From: a virus
Virus record (IMG/VR): IMGVR_UViG_3300017989_000003
Coordinates: 70,606-134,605 of that record
Length of the DNA stretch: 64,000 nucleotides
Reading direction: 5' to 3' (one strand)
The notes below the pieces were generated by a model. It worked only from the letters and a program-made list of their open reading frames with translations. It did no database searches and was not told the origin of the DNA. A program made the translations under genes and the position numbers. Positions 42,824 through 53,401 of this stretch are shown here, in pieces (within the stretch, counting starts at the first letter, position 1; each line of letters begins with the position of its first letter).

Positions 42824-44146
42824 TTATACACCTAAGTATTTCGCTAAAGATTCACTTATGATACGACCTATGTCACTCATAAGTCGTTTGTATTCGTCGT
42901 CATTTCTGTCTTTGGATATTATACAGCATAATGACGCAATATTACGGTTTAGTAAAATTTCTCTTATAGTATACGACGCAAACTCACTCCCTAAATGGGC
43001 TTCAATGAAAGTAATTCTATTATCGCAGTCAACTGTTTTGGGTATAGTATCGTGAAAACAGAATAATAGTTTGGATTCTCCTATTTTGTGCATGATGCTG
43101 TGTACATAAATCATGGTGTTAACGTATATTACACTCAGTAACATTTTAAGTGCTATTGTATCGTGTTTATACTGTGTAATTTCCTTGAATCTCAACAAAT
43201 AAGTCTCTCTTATGTTAATATCCTCTGAGTTAATGATGTTATTACAAATCCATTTAGCTATTGAAAGCTCAAGGTGTTCTGTAATATCATTAATAATTTC
43301 TTCTAAATCAGAGAGTATACCGTCAATTGGCATGGTTGTTTTGAACAAAATGGGTATAGAGGCGTACACTCCATCTTTTGCGTTATTATTCTTCTTGTTA
43401 TCTGGTATATCAGACATATTGTATTATCCTGATTAGACAAAAAATTCTAAAATAAGTCTCTTTATGGTAGACAAAATCCCTGAAACTTTTCTATTTTTTT
43501 GTTCTTGCACGAATAGTTCACATAACTCGGCAATGCTGTGTTCAATTAGAATATTCCGTAGCGTGTTTAGGGCTACAACACCTCCGACAGTAACTGTAAG
43601 TGCATTCATATACATATCTTCATCATTTTTTAGTGCATCAGGAATACTACTAATGCTGCCATATTTTTTTATGAAGTTGTCTTTACCTTCTATTCGAGTG
43701 ATGTTCTTGCACATAAGTACACTATTTAGTAGTAACGTTTCAATAATGGCTCCCATAATAACTTGGTTGTATTGCTGTCTAGTACATTCTACGTAACGTA
43801 GAAGTAATGTATCTATATCAACAGAGTTTTTATCTTGTATGATTTTGTCACAAGCAAATCTAGCAATGTGTAGAGCCAATGTAGTAAATATCGACACTGC
43901 TATTTCAGTACAATCGTTGTGTAATTCTGTAAGGTCATCGTGTTGGAATAAAGACGGTATCCCTATGATATTTTCTACATCGTCCTCATTACTCCTATTA
44001 TAGTCACTAGTAACATCGTTCATAGATTGTGTGTGCTCTACGTGTTCGACTTTACCCTCGAACCCCTCGAACATACTAAAATCGATATTTTTTCGAGGTT
44101 CGTCATTATCACCAAATTTTTGTTTATCAGTTTCGTTGTTAGGCAT
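42824..44146 (-). CDS. two tandem paralogous hypothetical proteins (42824-43417 and 43433-44146)
   Basis: Shared L.IA..C..II...LLR and T.R.IL....IA.LC motifs. Confidence 0.65.
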
Positions 44147-44199
44147 ATTTTATTCCTTTGTGGGTTGTTTGTGTATATAGTAGTTTAATCAATTTTTTT

Positions 44200-44227
44200 A
44201 GTTTGTCAAGTACTTTTTACCAAAAAA
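44200..44227. promoter_or_regulatory. 28-bp divergent-promoter element, identical copy at 49284-49311
   Basis: AGTTTGTCAAGTACTTTTTACCAAAAAA; contains TTGACA on the minus strand. Confidence 0.75.
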
Positions 44228-44386
44228 GTACAAAATATTTAATTTTTACCTTTTATCAATTGTGTTAATATATACATAGGACTTACCTCCTTTCTAGGGT
44301 TGTTGTGGTCTGAGGTACGACGTGTGGGTGGTGTTTTCGGTTAGACGCCACCCTACAATTAACTTCAAAGGAAACTTAGGGGATAA

Positions 44387-46042
44387 ATGGCGCAATTACT
44401 TCTTATCTACAAAGCTTTAACCATTACATATTGCGATAAGTGTGGAATGGAATTACCGTCAGAATATACCCAAATTGAGCCAGACACTAAAAGAGTCCAT
44501 AAATTTCTTACTTTGAGTGTAAGGTGTAGTATATGTGGTTCGTTTACAGATGTAAAATGTAAAAATGTTTATAATGAAGTATACGCACCACCTGTTCCAC
44601 CCACTACTGAAAATCTTAGTATTTGGGATTTTAACGAAATAATCGGAACTAATGTTCCTGACTCTAGTGTTAACCCCGATAAATTTGGAAATGGCACTAT
44701 TAATAATGGCGCATTTACGTTGTGGAATCCAGTTTATAATGGTGATACTGCTTTGTTTACGTTTGGTGTCTTGCCTGGTCAACAGTATCTCCCCTACATT
44801 GATTTTCCTCAACTTTCGACAGGGCTAAATTGGATTGGGTTTACAATGTGCGGGTGGCTATATAACTATAGTGTTCCTGCCGACGATATGTACTGTATGT
44901 GGAATATGGCATTTGCAGGAAAAACTGAGATTCTTGTAGCTTCAGGAACCAACGTAGCAGGGGATTTGACACTTCGCATACACATTGGCTCAAAAACGTT
45001 AGAAGTTATAATTCCAGCAGCTGAACTAGCTTTTGATTTTAGCCTTGTATTCTGGCAAATAACGGTGGATGCCTTAGGTAACGCGACGTTAAAAGCTAGA
45101 ACAAAAGACACTAATCCTACTCATACTGACACTGACGTCGGTGTGCCATTGCCAGATAATGTAAAATACTACCTTAGAGCATGGGAACAACGACCCGAGT
45201 CATCGTTTGCGTATCTCCCAGGTGGTGGTATTTTAGGCAGGCATAAAATATATAACGGGGCACTTGACGCAGTTGATTTGGACGCCATATATGCTAGCGA
45301 GTATGATTACTACTATTCTGTAGTACCTCCTATACCAGACCAACAAGGATTATGGGAGATTAATGAGGGTATAGACGTAATTATTAATAATACAAGTATT
45401 ACTCCACCTCCTAAATTTAATGATGGTATTATTGTTCCAGCTGGCATATTTAATTGGACACAAGTTAACCCCCCAATACTGCCTCGAAACGTACTTGATA
45501 TATCAGGTGGTTCGTTTATAGATTTTAGCGGTACTACCCCTAATTTTGATTTTTCGTTAGGATTTACGATAACTGGATGGATAGCTACTAAGAAACTAGC
45601 ATGGATGCCTGACCAAGTTATATTAAGCATTACTAACCCTATGACAGCATTAGAAATATACACATCGATGGTATGGGTAAATCCACCAGGTGAATGGCGG
45701 TGTTCAATAGCTGTTTTTGACGGAGTACTTGATATTAACTTACCTGAGCATAATCTTACTGATGATTTTGTTTTTTATGCTTATACTCAGGGAGCTTTGG
45801 GTTTATCGTCGTTTTACGTATTCACTAGTACTGTAGTAAGTTATGGCGGGTTTGCCATGTTAACACCGTTAGTTCCATTAACTGACTACGATATGTACTT
45901 AGGCGCTCCTACTCCGAATTCAATGCTACCGTTCCCACTTGATGGCAGAGCTGGAAAACACACATTTTATGTTGGCGGAGAGTTGTCTTACCCACAAATC
46001 GAACAGATAGTTTTGGATGAAGCAAGTAACTACTGGGTGTGA
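44387..46042 (+). CDS. Zn-ribbon plus tandem LamG/ConA-like domain protein
   Basis: CDKC...CSIC at the N-terminus; two W.FNE..G...FT..GW...Y.G.L repeats. Confidence 0.65.
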   Translation: MAQLLLIYKALTITYCDKCGMELPSEYTQIEPDTKRVHKFLTLSVRCSICGSFTDVKCKNVYNEVYAPPVPPTTENLSIWDFNEIIGTNVPDSSVNPDKFGNGTINNGAFTLWNPVYNGDTALFTFGVLPGQQYLPYIDFPQLSTGLNWIGFTMCGWLYNYSVPADDMYCMWNMAFAGKTEILVASGTNVAGDLTLRIHIGSKTLEVIIPAAELAFDFSLVFWQITVDALGNATLKARTKDTNPTHTDTDVGVPLPDNVKYYLRAWEQRPESSFAYLPGGGILGRHKIYNGALDAVDLDAIYASEYDYYYSVVPPIPDQQGLWEINEGIDVIINNTSITPPPKFNDGIIVPAGIFNWTQVNPPILPRNVLDISGGSFIDFSGTTPNFDFSLGFTITGWIATKKLAWMPDQVILSITNPMTALEIYTSMVWVNPPGEWRCSIAVFDGVLDINLPEHNLTDDFVFYAYTQGALGLSSFYVFTSTVVSYGGFAMLTPLVPLTDYDMYLGAPTPNSMLPFPLDGRAGKHTFYVGGELSYPQIEQIVLDEASNYWV

Positions 46043-47284
46043 ACTACCCTCGCCTAAAGGCGAGAGCTTCTCGGAATAGTTAGTGAGAGTTTCCGAAGGG
46101 CTGTACCAGCCCTGAGTATATTTAGAGCAGCATTTTCGTCTCTGTCTAGAACTAAACCACAGAAAGGACAATCGTGGACACGGACAGACAAATCTTTTTT
46201 GACAATCTCACCACATTGAGCACACATTTGAGAAGTGTTCTTGGGATTTACTTTGATTATCTCTCGACCAGCTTCTGCCGCTTTGTTTTTGAGAATGTCA
46301 AAGAATTGAAACCAAGACACATCTCTCATAGATTTGTTCAGAGACCGAAAACTATTCCAGTTTTTCATATCTTCGTGAATTATTATTCCGTAATTATCAA
46401 CATAGTGCTTTGCAACTCTATATTGAAAGTCTTTACGTTGATTAGCAACTTTTTCGTGTGCTTTAGCAAGTCTTTGTTTAGTCTTTTTTCTGCGGTTAGA
46501 ACCTTTGACTTGTTTAGACAACCTTTGTTGTATTTTAGCAATTTTATCTTGCGACCGTTTCATATATCGAGGATTCTCAACTTTAAGCCCGTTAGAGTCA
46601 GTCAAAAAGGATTCGCAACCAACATCAAGTCCGATTGCTTCGTTGTTTTTAGGCAGGATATTTGGAGTAATATTATCACAACTGAAAGACACAAACCACT
46701 TTTTAGTAAGAGTTCTGCGGATAGTAACCATTTTGATTTTAGCTTCATTAGGAATGTCTCGATGAAATTTGACCTTGAAACGACCAAATTTCTTAATGAT
46801 AAGATAACTTCCTTCAATCTTCCAGCCAGCTTGAGTCAGAGTAATGGAATCGTAACGACCGTAACCACGAAATCTCGGAAAGCCATTGCTTTTGCCAGCT
46901 TTCAGGCGTCTAAAGAAATTTTTGAATGCTCTGTCAACTCTTTGGCAAACATCCTGCAAAGATTGAGAAGGCACTTGATTGTATTCTGGAAATTCTTTTT
47001 TGAGTTCTGGAAGCTGGTTTTGTTGGTCATAAAAAGAAAGCGAAACTTTGCGTTGCCTATAAGCATAAATTCTTTGTTCGAGAGCAAGATTATATACTTG
47101 CCTGCAAAGCTCCAAAGCAATAAGAGTTTTGTTAGCTGTGTCTTTTTTAGGATATATGCGATATTGGTATGTTCTTTTCATTATTTGTTCTCACTAACTT
47201 ATTATATTATACACAAAATTTTAGGGGAGGGTTCACTTTTTTATTTTTTACCCCCAGCTAAAGCAGGGGGATTTCTTTTTCAGG
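46039..47284 (-). mobile_element. non-autonomous IS200/IS605 (IS1341-like) element carrying tnpB only
   Basis: Right-end hairpin plus TCAC end at 46039; left-end hairpin CCCCCTGC-TTTA-GCTGGGGG; TTAA target at 47285-47288. Confidence 0.85.
46054..47181 (-). CDS. tnpB: RNA-guided nuclease TnpB
   Basis: YQYRIYP, GLDVG, HEDM, TSQMC..CG, CPFCG..LDRDENAALNI. Confidence 0.95.
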   Translation of the reverse strand: MKRTYQYRIYPKKDTANKTLIALELCRQVYNLALEQRIYAYRQRKVSLSFYDQQNQLPELKKEFPEYNQVPSQSLQDVCQRVDRAFKNFFRRLKAGKSNGFPRFRGYGRYDSITLTQAGWKIEGSYLIIKKFGRFKVKFHRDIPNEAKIKMVTIRRTLTKKWFVSFSCDNITPNILPKNNEAIGLDVGCESFLTDSNGLKVENPRYMKRSQDKIAKIQQRLSKQVKGSNRRKKTKQRLAKAHEKVANQRKDFQYRVAKHYVDNYGIIIHEDMKNWNSFRSLNKSMRDVSWFQFFDILKNKAAEAGREIIKVNPKNTSQMCAQCGEIVKKDLSVRVHDCPFCGLVLDRDENAALNILRAGTALRKLSLTIPRSSRL

Positions 47285-47300
47285 TTAACGAAAGGGATAT

Positions 47301-47531
47301 GTGATGTTAGAGATAATGACTTTATACCGTACTGTTTCAAAAAAACCGCAATGTAAAAATGGACACACGCTTAAAACTAAGTATTATATTAAATTTGTCT
47401 ACGGAAACCCACCAGAACAAAATAAAATTATTAGCGTAGAGTGCCAAGAATGCCATGAAGTAGTGGAACTTCAATGTTATAGGACTAATGTTAATACACA
47501 GGTAAGACGTAAGAGATGGTTTCCAGCTTAA
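47301..47531 (+). CDS. small Zn-ribbon protein resembling the N-terminus of 44387-46042
   Basis: CKNGH...SVECQEC...L.C. Confidence 0.5.
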   Translation: MMLEIMTLYRTVSKKPQCKNGHTLKTKYYIKFVYGNPPEQNKIISVECQECHEVVELQCYRTNVNTQVRRKRWFPA

Positions 47532-49248
47532 CGTTTTTTACGTTTTTGTGGACTCATCGCCCTTATTACGGCATCTGTGCTTTTACCAAGATTTTTAGCT
47601 ACGCTAATAGCTACATCTAATTTTCTAGCAATTGTACCAGCAGCTTTAGCTCTTTTGCCGCCTTTTGCAGATAGCGCTGCATTCTTTTTATAGGCACTAT
47701 CTAAGTCGATAAGGTTTTTAGCTTTTACGCCTATTTTATTAGCATACTTTAGTAGCACTTTACCTCGAGGATGTGTTACAGCTTTATTTTTCTCTATTTT
47801 CACAAAATGTTTCATTAAGTCTACTTTTTCAGGGTCATTTAGAAATTTTCCTAGTTTCTTTCTTTTGCGGGGTTTACCTGACTTTGCGGCTAAAAATGCG
47901 TCGGCAGCTTTGCTGACTTCGTCTGACACATACTTGTCGATATAGGCATCCACTTCTGAACCAAATCCTGTCTTTCCAACACTCTTCATTAGTTCTTCAT
48001 CTTGCGCAAGCTTGGTCATATCCTTAAAGATACTCACTATCTCTTTACCCATATTCTTAAACTCTTTTATTGCAGTACGCGTTGGCGTTTTCGCGGCGTC
48101 TTTTACGATGTCGTCAAACTTATTCCATACCACGTCTCTAGTTGCATAGGATACGGACTCGCCGATTTTATTTGTCATGTTAGTTACCTTTCGGCTATAG
48201 TTGTTTCGTTAATGTTTTTAATTATACCAAACATGTCAATAATTTCGAATAATGAATAGTACTTCCCATTTATCTCTTTGGTCATGACGTACTCTACTTG
48301 AATCAAGTTATTGGATTCGAGCATAACATCCTCTTTTACTTGTTTAACATTTACGTTTATACCTAAAGCCATATAGCGCTTAGTTGTGTTTTTGTACTTA
48401 TCGGTGCTTTTAGACAGTATTTGTATGTTACCTGATGTTAGGTCAACAATCTTAAAATCAAGTATTTTGGAGTCTACATAATCCAACACATAAAATTTTA
48501 TGAGTTTATTAAGTACCATGTAACACCTTTTGTATTGCTTTTTTAATATTTATTACAGCTTTCTCTTGCTTAGCTGTGTATGTTTGGTTTCTTTGGGTAT
48601 AGTCTTTTATTCCTAATAGAATTTTAACATTATTTTCTGCAAAGTCCGCCATATTTTTTGGGATTCTATCGACGTCAGATATAGTCTCATCAATAGTATC
48701 GATGAATTCTGGTATTCCTAGTTTTTGATACACTTTCTTGTCTACTGTACTCTCTTGGATACACTCTTCGTAAAAATGCAAAACTGTGTTATAGGACAAG
48801 CCTGTGCTCCATCCACACTCACAAGTCGTTCTGTATCTTGTTGTTTTTTGCGGTCTAACAACTTTACCATTTTTATTCTTTGTGGCTTCTACAATATCAA
48901 TTACCTCACCACATTTTGGGCATTTGAAGTACCTTTCCATTTTTCCTCTTGTTGTTTAATGACAGTTGTCGTCAAGGGGTAATTCGTTACCGGTTGCAAA
49001 ATACCCCTTGACAAAATTGACTAGCGTCTATTCTTTTTTCTTGACGCTTTTTGGGACTTTCGTGTGTTCTTTCTCCTGGTATTATACTTTGGAGATACTA
49101 TCCTACCTTTTTTGTGTTTACTCTGTTTAGCCATAGGAGGTGATTTAGGTAAAGAAATAATCTTCACACCAGAATTTTGTTTCTTATGGTCTGTAAGTTC
49201 TTCTTTGTTTTCTTCTTTGTTTTCTTCGTCCATAGTGCTACCTTTCAA
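47528..49248 (-). other. four hypothetical ORFs (two highly basic; Zn ribbon 48509-48940)
   Basis: ORF track, RBSs, and an upstream TTGACA-N16-TATAAT promoter at 49289-49265. Confidence 0.65.
48962..49021 (+). repeat. Dispersed element, copy 4, with an inverted partial copy
   Basis: 48985-49021 matches copy 2; 48971-48981 is the inverted TACCCCTTGAC. Confidence 0.85.
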
Positions 49249-49372
49249 CTTTTACTTATTTTAATATTATAGACATTAATTTGAGTTTGTCAAGTACTTT
49301 TTACCAAAAAATTCCAAAATTATCTGCATGTTTTTATGATATAATTAGTTTAACAGCTTCGAGGAACTTACT

Positions 49373-49762
49373 ATGATGCTATTCATTATGACTGAAAGTA
49401 TTAGTATTACGCTTATAGCGCCAGTTCTAAGTGCGCTAGTTCTAGCTGTTGGTATTCTTTTTAGACAGTTGTTAAAAGAACGAAAAGAAAAAAGTAAGTT
49501 GGAAAAAGAATTTCGAGGTAAACAGCATGAGCTAGACAAGACATTTACAAAGACTATTCATGAGATGGAGGAAGAGTTTAGAAAAGAAATAAAAAAACTA
49601 TTGGAAGAAAACTACAAAAATGACGTTAAAATTGTGGAAGCTCTCACTAGAATAAACGAAAATAATACGTATGTAATCAAAGAAATCAGTGAGCTACGTG
49701 TAGCTCTTAACGATATTTACATTAACAATAGTACAAACCGTTCTCGTAAAACGACTAAATAG
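49373..49762 (+). CDS. single-TM plus coiled-coil protein (holin-like architecture)
   Basis: Hydrophobic N-terminus, charged helix. Confidence 0.4.
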   Translation: MMLFIMTESISITLIAPVLSALVLAVGILFRQLLKERKEKSKLEKEFRGKQHELDKTFTKTIHEMEEEFRKEIKKLLEENYKNDVKIVEALTRINENNTYVIKEISELRVALNDIYINNSTNRSRKTTK

Positions 49763-50187
49763 GTGGAACATGGAAAGAAAGTTTATTGATGACACAGACT
49801 GGACTAAGTTTAGTCAAGTATCCGAAGAAATAAGTGATATAGTCAGTAATCTTAGGATACAGCATGTTACCAACCCTGACTATATATTTTTAGTCGGTAT
49901 TGATGAGTGTACTAACGACGATGACTCTAAGTTTCTGGATGTAGAAGGCGTAGATATCATAGGGCATAAAGAGGGTACTGTAATACTCGAATTAATGTCG
50001 AAAATTAAGGGTAATATCTTGGGTATAATTGTCGGAAGCTCAATATCTGATATGACGATTAGTCAGTTTGTTAAAAAAGCTGGGGGAGTGTTATCACGTA
50101 AGTTTATTTATATCCAAAAATCAAACACAACTACAGCTAAGTTATTACGTGATATAATACCTAAAAAGAATAGCACGGGGGAAAACA

Positions 50188-50697
50188 ATGCCCAATGAAC
50201 GTACACAGTTTCATAATAACTATGTGGTTTACACTAAAGTGACTAGAGATGGTATTTACTCATTTCCAGAAAATGCCATAAAAGTTTGGAATCCAGTTAC
50301 GGAAAATGAGATTCTAATTGTGCATGACATTGCAGTTCCAGTAGGTGACTTAAACCTAAAACAAGTTCTGGCGTTCATGAACAAAATCGAAATGCTTCCT
50401 GTATACAGGAATACATTTGATGATGTCCTTAACGCTACAATCATAGGAGCTAAAAATTTAATTGTAGAGCTATCTAAAGATTTTGCTGTAATAGTAAAAG
50501 ATGGCTCAGATGAACTGTTTACAGGGTCTAGAAACAAAGAAACTGGAATGTACGACGTAAATTTGTTTTCAAAAGAGTCTCATATAGAAATCGTAGCTGA
50601 GAATGTGTATTTCAAATTGTTGTCAATAATAATACGCGTGTGGTCAGAAAGTAAATTACGTATAAACCACAAACGACGGAAAAGATATGCCAACTAG
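50188..50697 (+). CDS. hypothetical protein, paralog of 58673-59146 and 62100-62639
   Basis: Shared P.GD/NL.F..L..F...I...Y...L and C-terminal Y..LL...L.KW. Confidence 0.6.
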   Translation: MPNERTQFHNNYVVYTKVTRDGIYSFPENAIKVWNPVTENEILIVHDIAVPVGDLNLKQVLAFMNKIEMLPVYRNTFDDVLNATIIGAKNLIVELSKDFAVIVKDGSDELFTGSRNKETGMYDVNLFSKESHIEIVAENVYFKLLSIIIRVWSESKLRINHKRRKRYAN

Positions 50698-51071
50698 ACC
50701 ATTAGAAGTAACATATATTCCCGCTGAAATCATAGGTTTACCATTTATGGTTAACATTGCTGCAAATGTAGTAACACCAGTAGGTGGTATCGAATTTGAT
50801 GATGCTGTAGGAATATGGGTTGTTAGTAATAAAGCGTTTTATTTTACTTTTGCTGATAATGACATAGATGCTACTGCACAACTGAACAACGATGCGACTA
50901 GAGGTTGGAGAGGTGCAGGGTCGTGGTCTTTTACGTATTATGCGGAGGAACGTAAGTTATACTGCAAGAGTATCGATAACGGTACAATAATATCGTTTGA
51001 GAGGCTTAAAGCTTTCTCCCCAATCGAGTAATTTACGTAATTTTTGTTACTGACAGCGAAACAGGTGATAT

Positions 51072-53330
51072 ATGACAGATTTTGGTTGGAATCCAGGATA
51101 CCCATTAGGTGATGGTGGTGGCGGTGGCACTGGAAGTTTTGTAATAAAGGGCACCATTGATTGCTCATTAAATCCGAATTATCCACCTGCTGTACAATGG
51201 GACACATACGTTGTTAGTGTAGCTGGTAAGATAGGCGGTATTGCAGGAAAACCAGTTGAAGCTGGAGATTGGATTGTGGCATTAGCTGCTAATCCAGGAG
51301 GTACAGAAGCTGCTGTAGGTACTATGTGGACTGTGATACAAGTAAACGTGTACCAAGCTACTGAGACATCTATGGGAATAGCTGAGCTAGCTACTAACGC
51401 TGAGGCGTTAGCTGGTGGTGACGATGAAAGAATTGTCACTCCTGCTAAACTTAAAAATTCTTTTGATTCAGCTATAACAACAGTTGTATTTGTGGATGGT
51501 AACAGGGTAGATGCATATCCTGAAAGTGGTTCATGGTTACATCCGTATAAAACAATTCAGGCAGCTTTTAACGCTGTTGGAAATGGCACTAAAATAAGTA
51601 TTAAACCCAAGTCTACGATATATAATGAGGATTTAGTCCTAGTAGACAAAACAGATATATTGATGGAAGGGCAAGAGACAAAGACAGGAGATGTCGTTCG
51701 AGTTAAATCTGTTACTATTAACCAAACTACTACGACTAAAGTTTATCTTAAAGACATTAAGATAGAAACTGACGACATTACTGTAACTGGCTTAACTTAC
51801 AATGATGGTACAGACTGTTTGTTTGAAAATGTGGTGTTTAGAAATCACTCCGGTGGCGGCGGAGTTGTTCCTGTTGTAAATATTGCTGGAAGTACTGACT
51901 ATCCACCATTATTCCATAAGTGCACTATATTTAATGATGGTTCTGGTGTTGTAGTAGGTGGTACTAGTTCTAACGGTTGGGTGAAGTTTATTAGCTGTTT
52001 AGACGGTGCTGATTTTGTAATGAACGGCTTGTACAATGTTCTCATTGATAAATCTACTGGATGGAAAACTATTACGCATCACGCCGGTATACTACACTTT
52101 CTTACGTCACAGGCAGACGATATAGTATCTGATGCGCCAGATGTTCCCACAAACTATCTGTATTGTGATAATTTCTCTCTTCGTAGAGCAAATATGTCAC
52201 AAGGCGGTTTTAATAAAACGGGTTTATGCCAGCATATTATTGGATTTGGGGATTATGATACAACAGCTGGCGCGATTAATGGCGTACGTCAGGACTACAC
52301 TAGAAATTTTGTTGATTTGTTTATACCAGCTTCGAAAGTATTATGGGTAGACCAAAGCCGAACAGACTTGTATCATGAGGATGGTACAATAGCTCGACCT
52401 TACCGTTCACTAACCGCTGCTAATGCAGTCGCGGCTGCTGGTGATACGATATTTTTGTATGCTAATACGTTTAACGAAAACATCACGATGGTTCCAGGAG
52501 TTGAATACACAAGTTTTGACCGCGAGAATACCATTATTACAAGTAACCAGGATACACTAGTTGTGCCTGCTGCTGGTGATGTAACTTTGAGGAACATAAC
52601 TGTGGCGACTATTGGCGCTGGTAAAGCTGCCATTAAAGCTACAACTGTGGTCGGAAATTACATAAAAATGGAAAATGTAATAGTTGAATCATCTAGTCCA
52701 GACTATACATTTTACTTTAATGATGTAACTGCTGATATATCACTCATAAACGTTGATAGTCGAGACGGGCAATCGTACTTCGAGAAGACCTCTCAACTTA
52801 CAGGTGAGAACTTTAATGGGTTTACTACATCAAATATTGTTCCTTTATATCTTAAAGATTGTGATAAACCGATGCCTGCTCTAGATTGCGGCGTAAGACT
52901 TATAGACTGTGGATTTTTGAATATGGACAATATCGTAGGAGATAATGCTGTTATATTCGATGATTCTGATGTAATGGTACATGCTTGTCTTTTTAAGAGC
53001 TTATTGGATGACGCTCTTGTCGTTTCAAACAATTCGTATGTTAACCTAATAAGTGTTTTACTACAAGCTGACAATGCCGCGAAATACGACGTAAATTTGG
53101 ATTCTACGTCAACACTGATACTAAGTGGCGTAGACTTTACAAAATGGTTATTTGCTGGGGGTTGTACTGTAATTTTCAAAATTGACCCTGTGACAGTTAA
53201 ACACGCAGGTAATCCTAATTCTGCGCCAGCATTGAAGGGGCTATTCTCCCAGGAATGCTTTGATACAGTTGCGTCTGTGTGGTACAAGTGTATTGGTGAC
53301 CCAGATGGAACTAGTTGGGTAGTCATTTAA
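51072..53330 (+). CDS. tail fibre/spike-like protein with beta-helix regions
   Basis: ELATNAEALAG.DD.RIVTPAKL fibre motif; two GS/GT..PY....AA beta-helix starts. Confidence 0.7.
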   Translation: MTDFGWNPGYPLGDGGGGGTGSFVIKGTIDCSLNPNYPPAVQWDTYVVSVAGKIGGIAGKPVEAGDWIVALAANPGGTEAAVGTMWTVIQVNVYQATETSMGIAELATNAEALAGGDDERIVTPAKLKNSFDSAITTVVFVDGNRVDAYPESGSWLHPYKTIQAAFNAVGNGTKISIKPKSTIYNEDLVLVDKTDILMEGQETKTGDVVRVKSVTINQTTTTKVYLKDIKIETDDITVTGLTYNDGTDCLFENVVFRNHSGGGGVVPVVNIAGSTDYPPLFHKCTIFNDGSGVVVGGTSSNGWVKFISCLDGADFVMNGLYNVLIDKSTGWKTITHHAGILHFLTSQADDIVSDAPDVPTNYLYCDNFSLRRANMSQGGFNKTGLCQHIIGFGDYDTTAGAINGVRQDYTRNFVDLFIPASKVLWVDQSRTDLYHEDGTIARPYRSLTAANAVAAAGDTIFLYANTFNENITMVPGVEYTSFDRENTIITSNQDTLVVPAAGDVTLRNITVATIGAGKAAIKATTVVGNYIKMENVIVESSSPDYTFYFNDVTADISLINVDSRDGQSYFEKTSQLTGENFNGFTTSNIVPLYLKDCDKPMPALDCGVRLIDCGFLNMDNIVGDNAVIFDDSDVMVHACLFKSLLDDALVVSNNSYVNLISVLLQADNAAKYDVNLDSTSTLILSGVDFTKWLFAGGCTVIFKIDPVTVKHAGNPNSAPALKGLFSQECFDTVASVWYKCIGDPDGTSWVVI

Positions 53331-53401
53331 TAGTTTTGAATGGTGGTCAATTACTTAAAGTATAATTTTATTTTACTATGTAACTACTTGGAGATTACAA
53401 A

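Noticed and set aside
46174-47304. 376-aa + strand ORF
   Set aside because: Antisense shadow of tnpB with no motifs
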